A DNA stretch of 64,000 bases from Amoebophrya sp. A120 (taxonomy: Eukaryota; Protista; Dinoflagellata), in NCBI GenBank assembly GCA_905178155.1, contig CAJINV010000004.1, positions 3,187,014 to 3,251,013 of the forward strand. Direction: 5' to 3'. This document shows, piece by piece, positions 39,555-51,667 of the stretch. Position numbers and translations under genes: made by a program. The notes beneath the pieces are model-generated. The model did no database searches. It was given only the letters and a program-made list of their open reading frames with translations, and was not told the DNA's origin. How positions within the stretch are numbered: the first letter of the stretch is position 1; every line of letters starts with the position of its first letter.

Positions 39555-41550
39555 CAAAGGCCAAACCGCGAAATTTCAAAAATTTATTCTTGTTGCGAAA
39601 AAAAATCCGCGAAATTTGAAAACTTTATTTTTGTTGCATCAAAAACCGAAGGTCTTCAGACTTTCACGTCTGTTGTCCGAGCAAATCCGACAACTCCAGT
39701 GCCCTGCGGCTCAGAGCTGCTAGCACAGGTGGGTAGCTTTGCTTTTGAAGGGACGTCCCGTCAAGGGTCAAATCGTCTCCGGAGCTGCCAGCGCGGGTGG
39801 GTCATTTTGTCCTTGACGGAACGTCCCACCAAGGGTCAAATCGTCCCCGGAGCTGCTGGAGCGGGTGGGTGGTTTTGCCCTTGACGGGACGTCCCGTCAA
39901 GGGTCAAATCGTCTCCAGAGCTGCCAACACAGGTCGCCGGTTTTGCCCTTGCCGGGACGTCCCGTCAAGGGTCCAATCGCCTCATGATCTGCCAACACGG
40001 GCAGCCGGTTTTGCCCTTGACAGGACGTCTCGTCAAGTGTCAAATCGTCCCCGGAGCTGCCAAAGCACCTGTGCAGTTTTGCCCTTGATGAGACGTCCCG
40101 TCAAGGGTCAAATCGTCTCCGGAGCTAGGAACACGGGTGGACGGTTTTGCCCTTGACGGGACGTCCCGTCAAGGGTCAAATCATCTCCAGAGCTGCCACA
40201 ACGGGTAGCCGGTTTTGCCCTTGACGGGACGTCCCGTCAAGGGTCAAATCATCTCCAGAGCTGCCAACACGGGTAGCCGGTTTTGCCCTTGACGGGACGT
40301 CCCGTCAAGGGTCAAATCATCTCCAGAGCTGCCAACACGGGTAGCCGGTTTTGCCCTTGACGGGACGTCCCGTCAAGGGTCAAATCATCTCCAGAGCTGC
40401 CAACACGGGTAGCCGGTTTTGCCCTTGACGGGACGTCCCGTCAAGGGTCAAATCATCTCCAGAGCTGCCAACACGGGTAGCCGGTTTTGCCCTTGACGGG
40501 ACGTCCCGTCAAGGGTCAAATCATCTCCAGAGCTGCCAACACGGGTAGCCGGTTTTGCCCTTGACGGGACGTCCCGTCAAGGGTCAAATCATCTCCAGAG
40601 CTGCCAACACGGGTAGCCGGTTTTGCCCTTGACGGGACGTCCCGTCAAGGGTCAAATCATCTCCAGAGCTGCCAACACGGGTAGCCGGTTTTGCCCTTGA
40701 CGGGACGTCCCGTCAAGGGTCAAATCATCTCCAGAGCTGCCAACACGGGTAGCCGGTTTTGCCCTTGACGGGACGTCCCGTCAAGGGTCAAATCATCTCC
40801 AGAGCTGCCAACACGGGTAGCCGGTTTTGCCCTTGACGGGACGTCCCGTCAAGGGTCAAATCATCTCCAGAGCTGCCAACACGGGTAGCCGGTTTTGCCC
40901 TTGACGGGACGTCCCGTCAAGGGTCAAATCATCTCCAGAGCTGCCAACACGGGTAGCCGGTTTTGCCCTTGACGGGACGTCCCGTCAAGGGTCAAATCAT
41001 CTCCAGAGCTGCCAACACGGGTAGCCGGTTTTGCCCTTGACGGGACGTCCCGTCAAGGGTCAAATCATCTCCAGAGCTGCCAACACGGGTAGCCGGTTTT
41101 GCCCTTGACGGGACGTCCCGTCAAGGGTCAAATCATCTCCAGAGCTGCCAACACGGGTAGCCGGTTTTGCCCTTGACGGGACGTCCCGTCAAGGGTCAAA
41201 TCATCTCCAGAGCTGCCAACACCGGTAGCCGGTTTTGCCCTTGACGGGACGTCCCGTCAAGGGTCAAATCGTCTCCGGAGCTGCCGGCACGGGTGGGTGG
41301 TTTTGCCCTTGACGGGACGTCCCGTCAAAGGCCAAACCGCGAAATTTCAAAAATTTATTTTTGTTGCGAAAAAAAATCCGCGAAAATTGAAAACTTCATT
41401 TTTGTTGCATCAAAAACTAAAGGCTTTCAAACTTTCACGTCTGTTGTCCGAGCAAATCCGACAACTTCATTGCCCTGCGGCTCAGAGCTGCTAGCACAGG
41501 TGAGCAGTTTTGCCCTTGACGAGACGTCCCGTCAAGGGTCAAATCGTCCC
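39555..41550. repeat. Array of 24 x 68-bp units, each with a perfect 26-bp palindrome, bracketed by ~177-bp direct repeats
   Basis: Unit TTTTGCCCTTGACGGGACGTCCCGTCAAGGGTCAAATCATCTCCAGAGCTGCCAACACGGGTAGCCGG; starts every 68 bp from 39737 to 41301, with an extra unit at 41507; direct repeats 39555-39731 and 41326-41502. Confidence 0.95.
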
Positions 41551-42431
41551 CCTCGGCTACCCACCCACGCCTATCCCTATTGTATCAATAAGAGCAATCG
41601 ACCACTTTTCCCTTGTTCGCGCGACGCTCTTCCGATATACAAGCGGTCGCGCTGAATAATGGAAACATAAACATCGACTTGGGGATGAACCACAGCATTT
41701 ACAAATATCTTCGTTGCCGGAAATGAGATGCTCCGGCTGCGCCGCCGTGTCACCCATTTGCATTCTTCAATTGGCGTTTGTGCATCTTCAGGAAAGATAA
41801 CATTTTACATTCACTAAACTCATCCCATCGTCCGAAAACAAAGTTCCAGTTTCTCATTTCATTTTCTCTAAAAAAATCAGTGGCATCATCATCAATTTTA
41901 TCGTATCGAAAAACTCAATATCACTTACAACAAATTTTTATCAAACCGGATGTGAAGTAGACAAAGGGTATTTCTGGCGATGAAACTTAGCAAAGCGACA
42001 TCTTCAGTGAATAAGACTTAAGTTCATTCTGTGAATAAACTAAAGTTCATGCAATAACATATCTCGAAAGTTGCGCCAAGCCGGAAACCATAGATGCGAA
42101 AATTCAAATTCTGTCTGTGCAAAACCAAGAAGAAATAAGGATTAAGATAGGTAAGTAAAGAAAAGGAGCAAAAATCCAGTGATAACTGCGACTGCCAATC
42201 TTGTAACTGTAAGAACCTGAACTCTGCAATCAAATCAAAAATGTACTTTTTTGACCACTAGGAATCACGCAACGAGGATGCAAGCCTCTAGACGAAGCAC
42301 GTCTCACTCTTAATCTTATGCCTCCTTTACCTGTGCATGTGATGTTCACATTATCCACACCACATATCAAGCCCACACACATTACTTTGTTCCACCGTTA
42401 AACAACACAGGACCGTGGTGAAAGTCACAAC

Positions 42432-43589
42432 CTAGTTGGTGAAAGTCAAATCCTCGCCGGGAAAGTAGGGACTGGACGGAAGTTGTTGCACGTGAAAAGC
42501 GATGGACTCCGGGTCGGCGCCCTCAGCGCGCACGAGACCCAGTATCTCGGCTGCTGCGCAACGGAAAGTCTGCACGTCGTGCGCCCTGCCTTCCTCGGTA
42601 GTCAAAACCAGTTCTCCGTTGTCGTACCCGTACCACGTCCCGTTCCGGATGGCTGTCTGCAGGTTGTCCGCCTGAACCCGGGACAGCATCGGATAACTGA
42701 CCGGCACGCGGTTGAGGCGGAGCTCGAACGCGGCGTCAAAAGCGAACTCCATGTCGATCATGGTGGCCTTCCTCCGCCGCGCGTCCCACAGCGTGTTTTT
42801 ACTGTGCAGATCGAGGTGGATGATGTTCACCTCGTCGCTGTGGAGGTGCAGCAGAGCCGAGGTGAGTTGGCGGACTGCCAGTTGACGGTCCGCGTCCGGG
42901 AACTCCTCTTTGCTTCCCGCAGAGAGGTCGCGGAGGTCCACCCCGTCGTAGTCCATGAACAGAATAAGCAGCTTGTTATCCGCCCTCGCGTACGCCTGGA
43001 TTTCCTGCCGAAAAAGGTCCTGGTACTTGGAGAAGGACACGAAATGCCAGTTGGCCTTGCGGGTCTCCAGCTCCGCTTCCGTCTCATTCCTTTGGTCGTG
43101 CGAGGCCGGCAGCGCGAGACGGTGCATCATGTCGATCTCGTTCTGCAGTCCCGGACTGTCACCGGTCCCGTCCTCGTAGCTGTCCAGGTGGGTTTCGACC
43201 TTGATGAAGGCAACAATTTGCGGCTCGGCCGGAGGACCACGATCCTGCACAAGAAGCGCGGGGGGCGCTGCAGCTGCAGCAACTACTACAGGGTCGTTTC
43301 GTTCGCGCTGTTGGTCACCAGCACCAGCAGCATTGTTCACCTCCTGCCCAACGCCGAACCCTTCAGGAGCTGGATCTTTGGGCTGCTCTTCTTGTTGCGC
43401 ATGAACATGATCATGATCTTCTTGATGATCTTCATCCATGTTCTTATCTTCCGCGTTCGGCGCGACCGGAACTGCCGGTACGAGAGGATCGTGGCCGGGC
43501 AAAGGTTCATCCACGAGGTCAGGCGAGCCGGCGGACGACGACCCCGCTGCAGCCGAGGAACTGACTCCACCGTCATCGTGCTGTGGCAT
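42432..43589 (-). CDS. Divergent intronless protein kinase-like protein
   Basis: VAFIK (beta3 Lys), NEIDMM (alphaC Glu), LFMDY hinge, IIHLDLHSKN catalytic loop, IDMEFA in place of DFG; probable start MPQH at 43589. Confidence 0.7.
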   Translation of the reverse strand: MPQHDDGGVSSSAAAGSSSAGSPDLVDEPLPGHDPLVPAVPVAPNAEDKNMDEDHQEDHDHVHAQQEEQPKDPAPEGFGVGQEVNNAAGAGDQQRERNDPVVVAAAAAPPALLVQDRGPPAEPQIVAFIKVETHLDSYEDGTGDSPGLQNEIDMMHRLALPASHDQRNETEAELETRKANWHFVSFSKYQDLFRQEIQAYARADNKLLILFMDYDGVDLRDLSAGSKEEFPDADRQLAVRQLTSALLHLHSDEVNIIHLDLHSKNTLWDARRRKATMIDMEFAFDAAFELRLNRVPVSYPMLSRVQADNLQTAIRNGTWYGYDNGELVLTTEEGRAHDVQTFRCAAAEILGLVRAEGADPESIAFHVQQLPSSPYFPGEDLTFTN

Positions 43590-43893
43590 CTTCAGGGTAC
43601 GCTGCCCCTTTTTCCGGGTTTTATTGTCCGGCGCCTTTCTTTGCGGGTCGTAAGCCAGCGCGAACACCTTGCCGGGCACCACCACGCGCAGGTCGTACAT
43701 GTAGGCGGTCTGAAATTTGAATATTCATACTTATTCAATAGGTCACAGACAGGAATATAACAAGAACTACTTGTGTATCCTTTTCTACTTAGCACCATGC
43801 GCATGCATTCTGATGAGACCAGCGACAGATTCTGCTCCGGTGCATTCAATCATGATTTTGTTCATCAATCATTGATCTTATTGTATTCGATTT

Positions 43894-46259
43894 TCATTTC
43901 ATAAATATCACAAATCTGAAGCAAGAAAGTACGGCCTTGGTATGGAGTCTCTCGTATATTTGCTTGCCGCTGTAAAATATTTTTTGCATCATGTTCATAA
44001 GCCCGGCTGGAGCGCCGCATTTTCGTCCAAGTGCCACTGCTATTTCCCAGCACGCATCTCGACCCGGAAATTGGAATTTCTCCTTGTCCTTGTCACAGCA
44101 GACGATCCAGCCGTCTGGAAGCCCCGGCACGCAGATAGGCTGTTTTGGAATGTTGCGAGAGCGCCCGCAAATCATGCAGCATCCCGCCTTCTGGAAAATG
44201 TAGCAGCTGTATTGTTTAATTGTGAATCACAAGAAATCTTAACGGTAGCGATAGCCACACCGATGAATTGGATCTGGAAATGAAAAAGAAAAGAGCAATA
44301 AAAAGCATTTACATTCATCTACTCCAAGTTAGTAGAAGGCAAGGAAGAACAACCCCAACAACAAAAATACCCGTGCGGGACTGGGATCGTCTCATAAGTT
44401 TGGTTTATCGGGTTGAACGCCGGTCGACCGGGAAACAGCCGCTTGTGGTAGAAGGTTGCTCCTTCGAACTGCAGATCCAACCGAGACATCTGCTTCTCGA
44501 TCACCGGACCGAACACCTCGCGCAGGTGCGGTTGCAAAACTTGCATTAGGGTCAGCAGGTCGGCCTTCACGTGAGACGCCGTCCTTTCGAGAAATTCCCG
44601 GTAGTCCAGCCATTTGAGCAGACCGTCTGGGTTTGGCACCTGGAGTGCCTTGAGCACGGTGGGCGCCGCGCGGTACGCATCTTTCAAGCGGTTCGCTTCT
44701 GCGTCAGGGAAGTCGAGTCCTGCAAGCGTGACCCACTTTTCCTGCGGCCCTCGCATTTGTGCTCGTCCGTTTCGTCCCTCCGCGTCACTACTCGAAGAGG
44801 AAGATGATGAATCCGCGAGCATATCGTCGTCCCCTGAGTCCTCGGGAGCTGCGGAAGTTCGGATTTCAAAAGGAATCCATTCGCCGTGCTCCTTCAATTT
44901 CCATCGACACTGCTCGACGTACTTTTTGTCTACCTTGAGCGAGGTGAGGGCGTGGATGTGCCAGTTCAACAGTGTCATTGCTCGCTGGGCCTTAACCAAG
45001 TCATCGACGACGTGGAGCAGACACAGGCTGGCTGCGGTCTTTCCCTCCGCACTGAAGAAGTACCGCGCGCCGTCGCCCTTCAGCATCAGGTCGTCGATCG
45101 CGGTCTCCAGATAGTTGACGGTGGTAAGCGCGTCCTGCGCCAGAAAATCCTTCAGATCATCGACTTCTTCTCCGTCTAATGGACCAGCACCCAACCCCAA
45201 CGCTCGCACGACCTGTGGGTTCTTGTCCTGGAGTTCTTCTTCAACATCTTGGGCGCCCATGCCGTCCTCCCGGCCTAGCTTTGCTGCAAGGAAACCACGA
45301 TTGCCGCCCTCTTGGTGCTGGATGTTATCGTCCGCCGCGAGCAGGGCTTGATGTTGATCTTCCGCACAGGACGACGAGCCTGCTGACGAGGTAGCGAAAG
45401 ATGAGAATGGACCAGGCGCCGGTGGACTTGCTTGTCGAGGTGGAGGAGGAGGCTGCCGCCCTCCGAGGACAAGTTCGCCGAAGCTGCCCTCCGAAAGGTC
45501 GAAGCCAGCATTCTTGTTCATCTTTTTAAACGCAGAGAAAGATGATGCGGAAGATGAGCTAGAACTACTCGAGGACGCAGACGAGGAGCAGCTTGAGGAA
45601 AATGATAATGCTCCCGTCGTTCCGTCATAGCGCTTCCCACCGGCTCCCTCCTTCGGCAACGACGCCTGTGCGCTGCACGGTGGCACTGGTGGAGCCGACA
45701 TGCACATGGCAGATGAACCAGACGAAGGAAGTAAGCTGTTTTGGTCCGACTCGTAAAAATCGACTCTGTTTGCGTCGCAGCTGTGGGAACCAACAAACGC
45801 GGATGACTGCGACGAGGAACATGAGGCGGCAGAGGACACGAGCAAGGCGTTAGAACACGTAGAGCTGGACGCTGCGCAACCTGTATGCAGCTGCGCCGAC
45901 GAAGGAAGCAGCGAAGACTGGCCTTGGGCAGCTTTATTTCCGGAGGGGAAAGGATTCATCTTGCTGCTCAGGCTGCAAAAACTACCCATCTGCATGTCCA
46001 TGTCCGAGATTTCCATGACAATGTCCTCGTCTGTTGTCGTCCCCGCAGCAGGAGCTGCACCGCCATGTTCCGCCGCTCGCGCGGCCTTGCTTTGCTGCGC
46101 AACGGTCTTCGGGACCTTCAATGAAGATGCTTTGCCAGCAACCAAAACGCCTGGGTAGAGCAGTGCGTCGTCCTCAACTTCCTCGTCTCCACTGTCGCTG
46201 TACTGTTCCAGGACTAGTTGGTCGGTCACCTTTTGTCGCTTGTTCTTGCCCTTGTGCAC
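43894..46259 (-). CDS. Hypothetical protein with a Ser-rich N-terminus; a possible downstream exon carries CxxC (CMICGRS)
   Basis: 646-aa ORF 44319-46259 with a GT donor near 44370 and a coding-like segment at 43894-44190; no family recognised. Confidence 0.5.
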
Positions 46260-46339
46260 TGCACCGGCATTTCCATGCTTGTTTCTGTATGGTGTTATTC
46301 ATTCAAATGAATGTAGACACAAAACAAAAGATGCTCTGA

Positions 46340-46384
46340 GCATTTATTGACGTTGTTCTGTAACAGAACAACGTCAATAAATGC
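46340..46384. other. Perfect 22-bp inverted repeat with a 1-nt spacer
   Basis: GCATTTATTGACGTTGTTCTGT-A-ACAGAACAACGTCAATAAATGC. Confidence 0.95.
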
Positions 46385-46468
46385 GAATATGAAATTGTTG
46401 ATTTAAATTTGCTGATTGTGGCACCTAGCACTGAACTTCATCTTCACCTTCAACTACTTGCAAGATAG

Positions 46469-47032
46469 TTAGAGGAAAAGCGGTGCATAAAATAACTGGG
46501 TGTACGGGATCGGCTGGTTTGGTTCCCAAGCCGGTGGCCGTAGTGCCTGGTTCTTAGCTTTTGGATTCTGTTTCGCTTTTTCCCGAGCCTGCCCTCGGAT
46601 TGCGCCCGCAGGATCTTTTGCTGCTTTCGATTTTCCAGACTTGCTTTTCTTGGGAGACTTGCGGTCCGCGGGTCGCGATTTGCATTTGGAGCCGGATTTG
46701 CTCCGTGCTCTCGTAGCGCTTCTGCCGTTGTCGTTTTTTCCCGCAAAGACACGACCGCCATTCGCGTCGCCGGCCAGTTGCGCCTTGGTACCCTGTAGCT
46801 TCCCGGGCGATCGAGACTTTGTTCGTGCACGCGTGAGTGCCTTGTCGGGCTTGCGGTCCTGTTTCAGGAAGCCCAAAGGGTCGTCACGACGGTACTCTAC
46901 TTGGTCAATTCCGGGTCCCTCCCGCACCGAGATGCGCGGACAGCGTAACTCCTTGATGCTGCAGCGATGCTCCTCTTCGGGCTCATGCGTCCCCTCGACG
47001 AGGGACGCTATGCCGGCATACAACGCCATCAC
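46469..47032 (-). CDS. Basic K/R-rich hypothetical ORF or exon
   Basis: 187-aa ORF; may be an upstream exon of the 46259 gene. Confidence 0.3.
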   Translation of the reverse strand: MMALYAGIASLVEGTHEPEEEHRCSIKELRCPRISVREGPGIDQVEYRRDDPLGFLKQDRKPDKALTRARTKSRSPGKLQGTKAQLAGDANGGRVFAGKNDNGRSATRARSKSGSKCKSRPADRKSPKKSKSGKSKAAKDPAGAIRGQAREKAKQNPKAKNQALRPPAWEPNQPIPYTQLFYAPLFL

Positions 47033-48686
47033 CGTTTACTTGCTCTCCACCAGCCGCAGCGACTGCTAGAACGCAGTCTCGCTCGTTTCGGTTGTTGCCT
47101 GCTCACCGCAATAAAGCTGTCGCAAAGGTCACCAGGAGCCGGAAGTCGAGCAATAAAAGACTGGGCGAACCGTATCCGAGCGAGATTAGAGCGCCAGTTC
47201 TCACAACCCCGCTCCTGTCCTGGACCAACCGGCTTGCACAGAGATTCTCCACACTCACCAGTAGTTGTTGTGAAAAGACTTGACAAAGGTTAAGGTTCTT
47301 GTAGTAGGGTACCAAACAAATAAATGTTAAGCAGAGGCGTACATTTTGCTTATGCGTGAAAAGAATCAATTGCAGGAATATCCTTCGAAGGAAATAAGGT
47401 TCTTCAGGTCTATCTTTTCAAAAGTGAAACAGGCGGAAAACTATGGGAGTAAACCTTGGTCTTGGATCATTCTTTTCGCATTAGTTCGGTGTCGGTCCCT
47501 CCACAATTTCTAATAACAAAAATGAAAAATATTGAATCTGCACAGGAGCAGCGTTATCTTAACACGCAAGGTGGGGTCTATCTGTTGCGTTCAGGGGTCG
47601 AAAAAGGATACCTTGTAAGTAGTCAGAGGTACTGTATCCCGAATGCCTATTCCGGGCCTGTGCTCGTTCGCCTACGAGCTCTAATATGACAATGACAGGA
47701 GTTGGAAAGGTATTACTTTGGGACAACGATATTTTGAGTGCTAGAACTGGAATGGCCGACAAACAAAGAAAAAAACAAACTACGCCAATGGTTTTCATTT
47801 TTCATTTTCACAAAGAAAGAAACCGAAATAAAAACGAAGGTGCTTTTTGATAGCGATCGATAAGTTGCCCTGGCCTTTTTGCATTCGATGTTTTCACGAT
47901 CACGACAGCTTTGCTTCACTCGCACGAAAAAAACCAGCGATCGACTTTTTGATTTGGGTGATCGCGAGAACATCCGAGTTTGCGACACAGAATACCTTGG
48001 TCATAGCGTCTTCTAAAACAAATAAGTAAGAGCGGAAACAATACTTCTACAACGGACGATTTCGATTGCTTTTTACTGCAGCTCTACCGCAGTAGTGGTT
48101 TTCCTGGGAACACAAAGTAGAAACACAAACAACACGAAAAAATCTGCGTAGGATCGTTTCGAGCAGCATCGTGCCAGTACAATTTCTTGCATGCTAAAAG
48201 TCTGTGGAGCGCAAAAGCAAAAGGTTATTGAAGATACTATGCGAGAAATAAACGACAAAAAGTGCGATTTTTTAAGCGAAAATGCTCCTTGTGACGACAG
48301 GGGATTGCCTATCGAGAAGGTAACACTAACAATATCATTTTGCGGACGAGTAGCTGCTACTCCATGAAGACCTCACCAGCAATTCTTCTTACTACTTTGA
48401 CTTACGAGCATTCTTGTTTGATGCACTGCTTTTTCCGCGCTAGATGCCTCGTGCCTCCAATGAATGTGCACGGGGAAAACTGGCCGAGACACAAGCACCT
48501 AGAACCACAGCAGGTTATCATTCATACTTACTTATTTTTCCGTGGGGGCGAGATTAAGATTATGCAAAGCAAGATGAAAAAATTCACAAAAGGGTCGATC
48601 TGACTGCGATTTCCAGAGAAACTATTCGAGAAGCACAAGTACGACGAATGGGAACAGCATCACAACGCGTCCCCTGGCTGGCACTC

Positions 48687-49753
48687 CTAATCTCCGTTTC
48701 GGCGTACGTTGTGGAACATTTTCCGATTGTTGCCGTACCCCGAGTACAGGTTGCCGGGGCTGCCTGCCGGTGGAAGGCTCCAGGGATCTGAGTATCCTGT
48801 GCAAAAGTATTGCACTCGTAGTAATCGCATTCATGCATTACAAATCTGGTTCCCAAGGCAAATTAGCATGACAAATTCCATTTGTCACGCTGAGCGAATT
48901 TGTATTGCAATCACTACTAGTACGATACTTTTGCAGTTCATACCGACTTGCCCTTCACCACGTTGTCCTCCCGAATCACCTCGAGGGCGAACCTGATTTG
49001 TGAAAATTATTGACAGACTTTTCTAGACAGCAATTTTTGTGGTGTCATGAGTCATTTCATAATTCTTGTTCAGCAGCACAAGAGTTAGAAGAACTTCTAC
49101 ACGCCGTTGGGCGGTGCTTTTAACGTTTTGTTGAACAAGGAGAGACTTTACACACAGGCACACATGATTATAGATTTCAACGTGCACCCATTGTGCAACA
49201 GTCGAACTTCTACACATCACGCAAACAATCTTTCTACCCTCTCTTCCGATCCTGCTCCAGGCGTTTCAGGTCGAGCTTGCGGATGAGTCCATCCGGCCAC
49301 TGCGAATACTTCGAGGACGGCGACACTTTGACCGACGGGTGGGAGAAAGAGACTTATGAAATGTAAAAGTGTCTGGGTCTGGAAGAGTCATGCTGTTTCT
49401 GCATGACACAGAAGGTCTGGCATGGCAGCTCTAGCATCACAGGTTTCGAGAAGCTTCCGCAATGCTGAATCCGCATGACAAATCCCTCATTTTGGCGACA
49501 GAAAGTGAGCAGCTTTTGCGTGCTATGCATCAGAGATTTTTGTGTGTTCTGCAATGCGCATCACAAGTTACATCCTTCCAGACCCAGACATTTTTGCACT
49601 TGATAAGACTTGCCGATGGAAGATTTTCTGCTTCTGCGCCTTCTTCGCGGCGGGACCCAGGGTGTGCGGGACTTCGATCGAATCCTTCTTCTCTGCGACA
49701 TGCAAGCACTTGTGCAAGCTGCGCATCTCCGCTGCGTGACTATCCGCGGCCAT
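48687..49753 (-). CDS. Small 4-exon hypothetical protein (~136 aa) invisible in the ORF track
   Basis: MAADSHAAEM...FHRQVS|FSHPSVK...QDRKRG|FALEVIRED...GKSD|PWSLPPAG...RRNGD* after removing two introners and one GT-AG intron. Confidence 0.6.
48793..48942. mobile_element. Introner family B
   Basis: TATCCTGTGCAAAAGTATTGCACT / AGTACGATACTTTTGCAGTTCATA; decayed TSD CTGAG/CCGAC. Confidence 0.8.
49355..49605. mobile_element. Introner family D
   Basis: TATGAAATGTAAAAGTGTCTGGGTCTGGAAG / CTTCCAGACCCAGACATTTTTGCACTTGATA; TSD AGACT. Confidence 0.9.
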
Positions 49754-49872
49754 GGTGTATCTATAGTGCTCTTGTTGTTCTCGTTCTCGTCCCTTTGATG
49801 TGCTGATTGTTTTTCTTCTTTCTTGTCTCCTTACAAAGTACTTCCTTTTTTCTCCAACTTCAACGGCTCTGT

Positions 49873-50847
49873 TTACAACTCAGTCTTCTTCTTCGACCTC
49901 TGCTTCCGCGATGTCGAAACCAGTTGGGAGGTGGACTGCTGTTCTTGCTGGGCCGCGTCGGTCTGATGCTGTGTGCGAGCTTTATTCCTCACGTTGTTGA
50001 GACGTCCGTGAGAAGCTGCTTTCGCTTGCTTCTTCGTTGCACGACCAGTTGTGGGAGCTTGTCCGTGTGGTTCGCCAGTACTGGAAGTCCACAGGGGAAC
50101 TGCGGCAAGAACCTCTTCTTCGTCCTCGGTGGTGGCCAAACTGCTCGAACTATTTTCCCGCGCCGCTGCTTCAGCTTCTTCTCGTTCCCGAAAAAGAACA
50201 AACGACTCGTACTCTTCCAAGCTGTAGAAGGCTTTATCGCCGACTTTCAGAAAAGGTTGGTGTCGACGGCTGGTGGTTCTTGTTGCTTCTTTTTCCTTCT
50301 TCTTCGTAGAAGTTCTGCCTCGCAGTAGTTGCGTAGTCGACGTAGTTATACTAGGGTCTTCAGCAACTGTTCTTGAAAAATCTGCAAACGTGGCCCAGAA
50401 ATCGTACTTCGGATCGATCCGCTGGACAAAGGTAATCTGCCCGAAAATGAAGCAGAAGACCCGGAGACTCGCGAGGACGTGCAGGACTCGGAAAAAAACC
50501 CGGACGGTGTGGCGAGACGAGAAAACCGGTCGCGGAGGGACAAGATCAAGCAATTGGTGGAGGAGGTGCAGAAGAAGTACACGACTTTCCTGTTGAGAAA
50601 GAGATGATACGTAAGAGACGAAACTGCTGCTGAGAGTTGACAATCTTCGTGCTAAAAACTGAATAGAGTCTAGTGTTGTGTGCACCAAATAGGAACGATG
50701 TTGACGGGCTGCGTCGCGTTCGTTATGGTTGATGTAGTTATCCGGATGTTGAAGAATTATTATATCCTGCGCAGGTTGTTGGTTGTTCAAGTTGTTGTCT
50801 CCCGCAACAACATCGGCGAGCGGAACTTCCCGCTGCTCTTCTGCCAT
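49873..50847 (-). CDS. Hypothetical intronless protein
   Basis: Long ORF, probable start MAEEQRE, with one hydrophobic segment. Confidence 0.5.
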   Translation of the reverse strand: MAEEQREVPLADVVAGDNNLNNQQPAQDIIILQHPDNYINHNERDAARQHRSYLVHTTLDSIQFLARRLSTLSSSFVSYVSSLSQQESRVLLLHLLHQLLDLVPPRPVFSSRHTVRVFFRVLHVLASLRVFCFIFGQITFVQRIDPKYDFWATFADFSRTVAEDPSITTSTTQLLRGRTSTKKKEKEATRTTSRRHQPFLKVGDKAFYSLEEYESFVLFREREEAEAAARENSSSSLATTEDEEEVLAAVPLWTSSTGEPHGQAPTTGRATKKQAKAASHGRLNNVRNKARTQHQTDAAQQEQQSTSQLVSTSRKQRSKKKTEL

Positions 50848-51667
50848 GGTGGTGATTCTTTTGAAATATGGCTTTGTAAGACTACTAATGAAACCGATGA
50901 CGTTCTTCAAACCTTAGTGTTATTAGCCTTACTTACGTACGAAGATAGAGATACATGAATATGTGTGCAACTCAACCGAAATACAATAAATATGTGTGGA
51001 AATTCGTTCCCTTGTCCAAACCGATTATGTACATGAAATTTGAGATGATGATAAACAGAAAAACCGATAATTTCTACGTAAAGGTTGTCTCAGAACCGAG
51101 GATTTTAGCTTCTGCTTCTTCTTCTACTTACTTATTCTGCCAGTGCCACCCACCTGTGCAGGAGCAAAAAAAACCACGGATGCAGATGCTGTATTGATGG
51201 ATGAAATTGAAGTTTCAAATTGCCAAAACCATGGATGCCTGCGGACGAGGTGGAATGCTTCATTCATACACACATATTCTTCCGAAGACGTACAGCGACG
51301 GCTCGGCCGTTGACGAAAATCACGATGACCGATAGTGTGTAGACGATGAGGCCGTGCAGTTCATAGCCGCGCTGACAGCTACATGACGTAGTGCAACGGC
51401 AACTGCACAATACGATGTTAAACTGCGAAACAAGCAAGTTGAAGAGTGCTCCTACGGTAGTTGTTCTCAATTGGAAGACTGCACCACGTAGAGCCGGAAT
51501 TTCGCTGACTTCTTCTACGCAGCTTACTTATTCGACGAGCCTGCTCAGCAGCGGGCGGAGTTTTTACCACGTCCAAGTATTACGAAAATGCACGACAGCT
51601 GCAACGCATATGATCCTTCACGGCTTCATCTGTTTGGAGTTTTGTTCAGTTTATTCAACTTCTTCAC

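Noticed and set aside
39737-41340. CRISPR array (36-bp palindromic repeat + 32-bp spacer)
   Set aside because: The spacers are homologous to each other and 14 are identical, there are no cas genes, and the context is eukaryotic.
42483-43760. 425-aa plus-strand ORF and similar plus-strand ORFs (30641-31270, 59545-60168, 62220-62702)
   Set aside because: They are antisense shadows of GC3-rich minus-strand genes.
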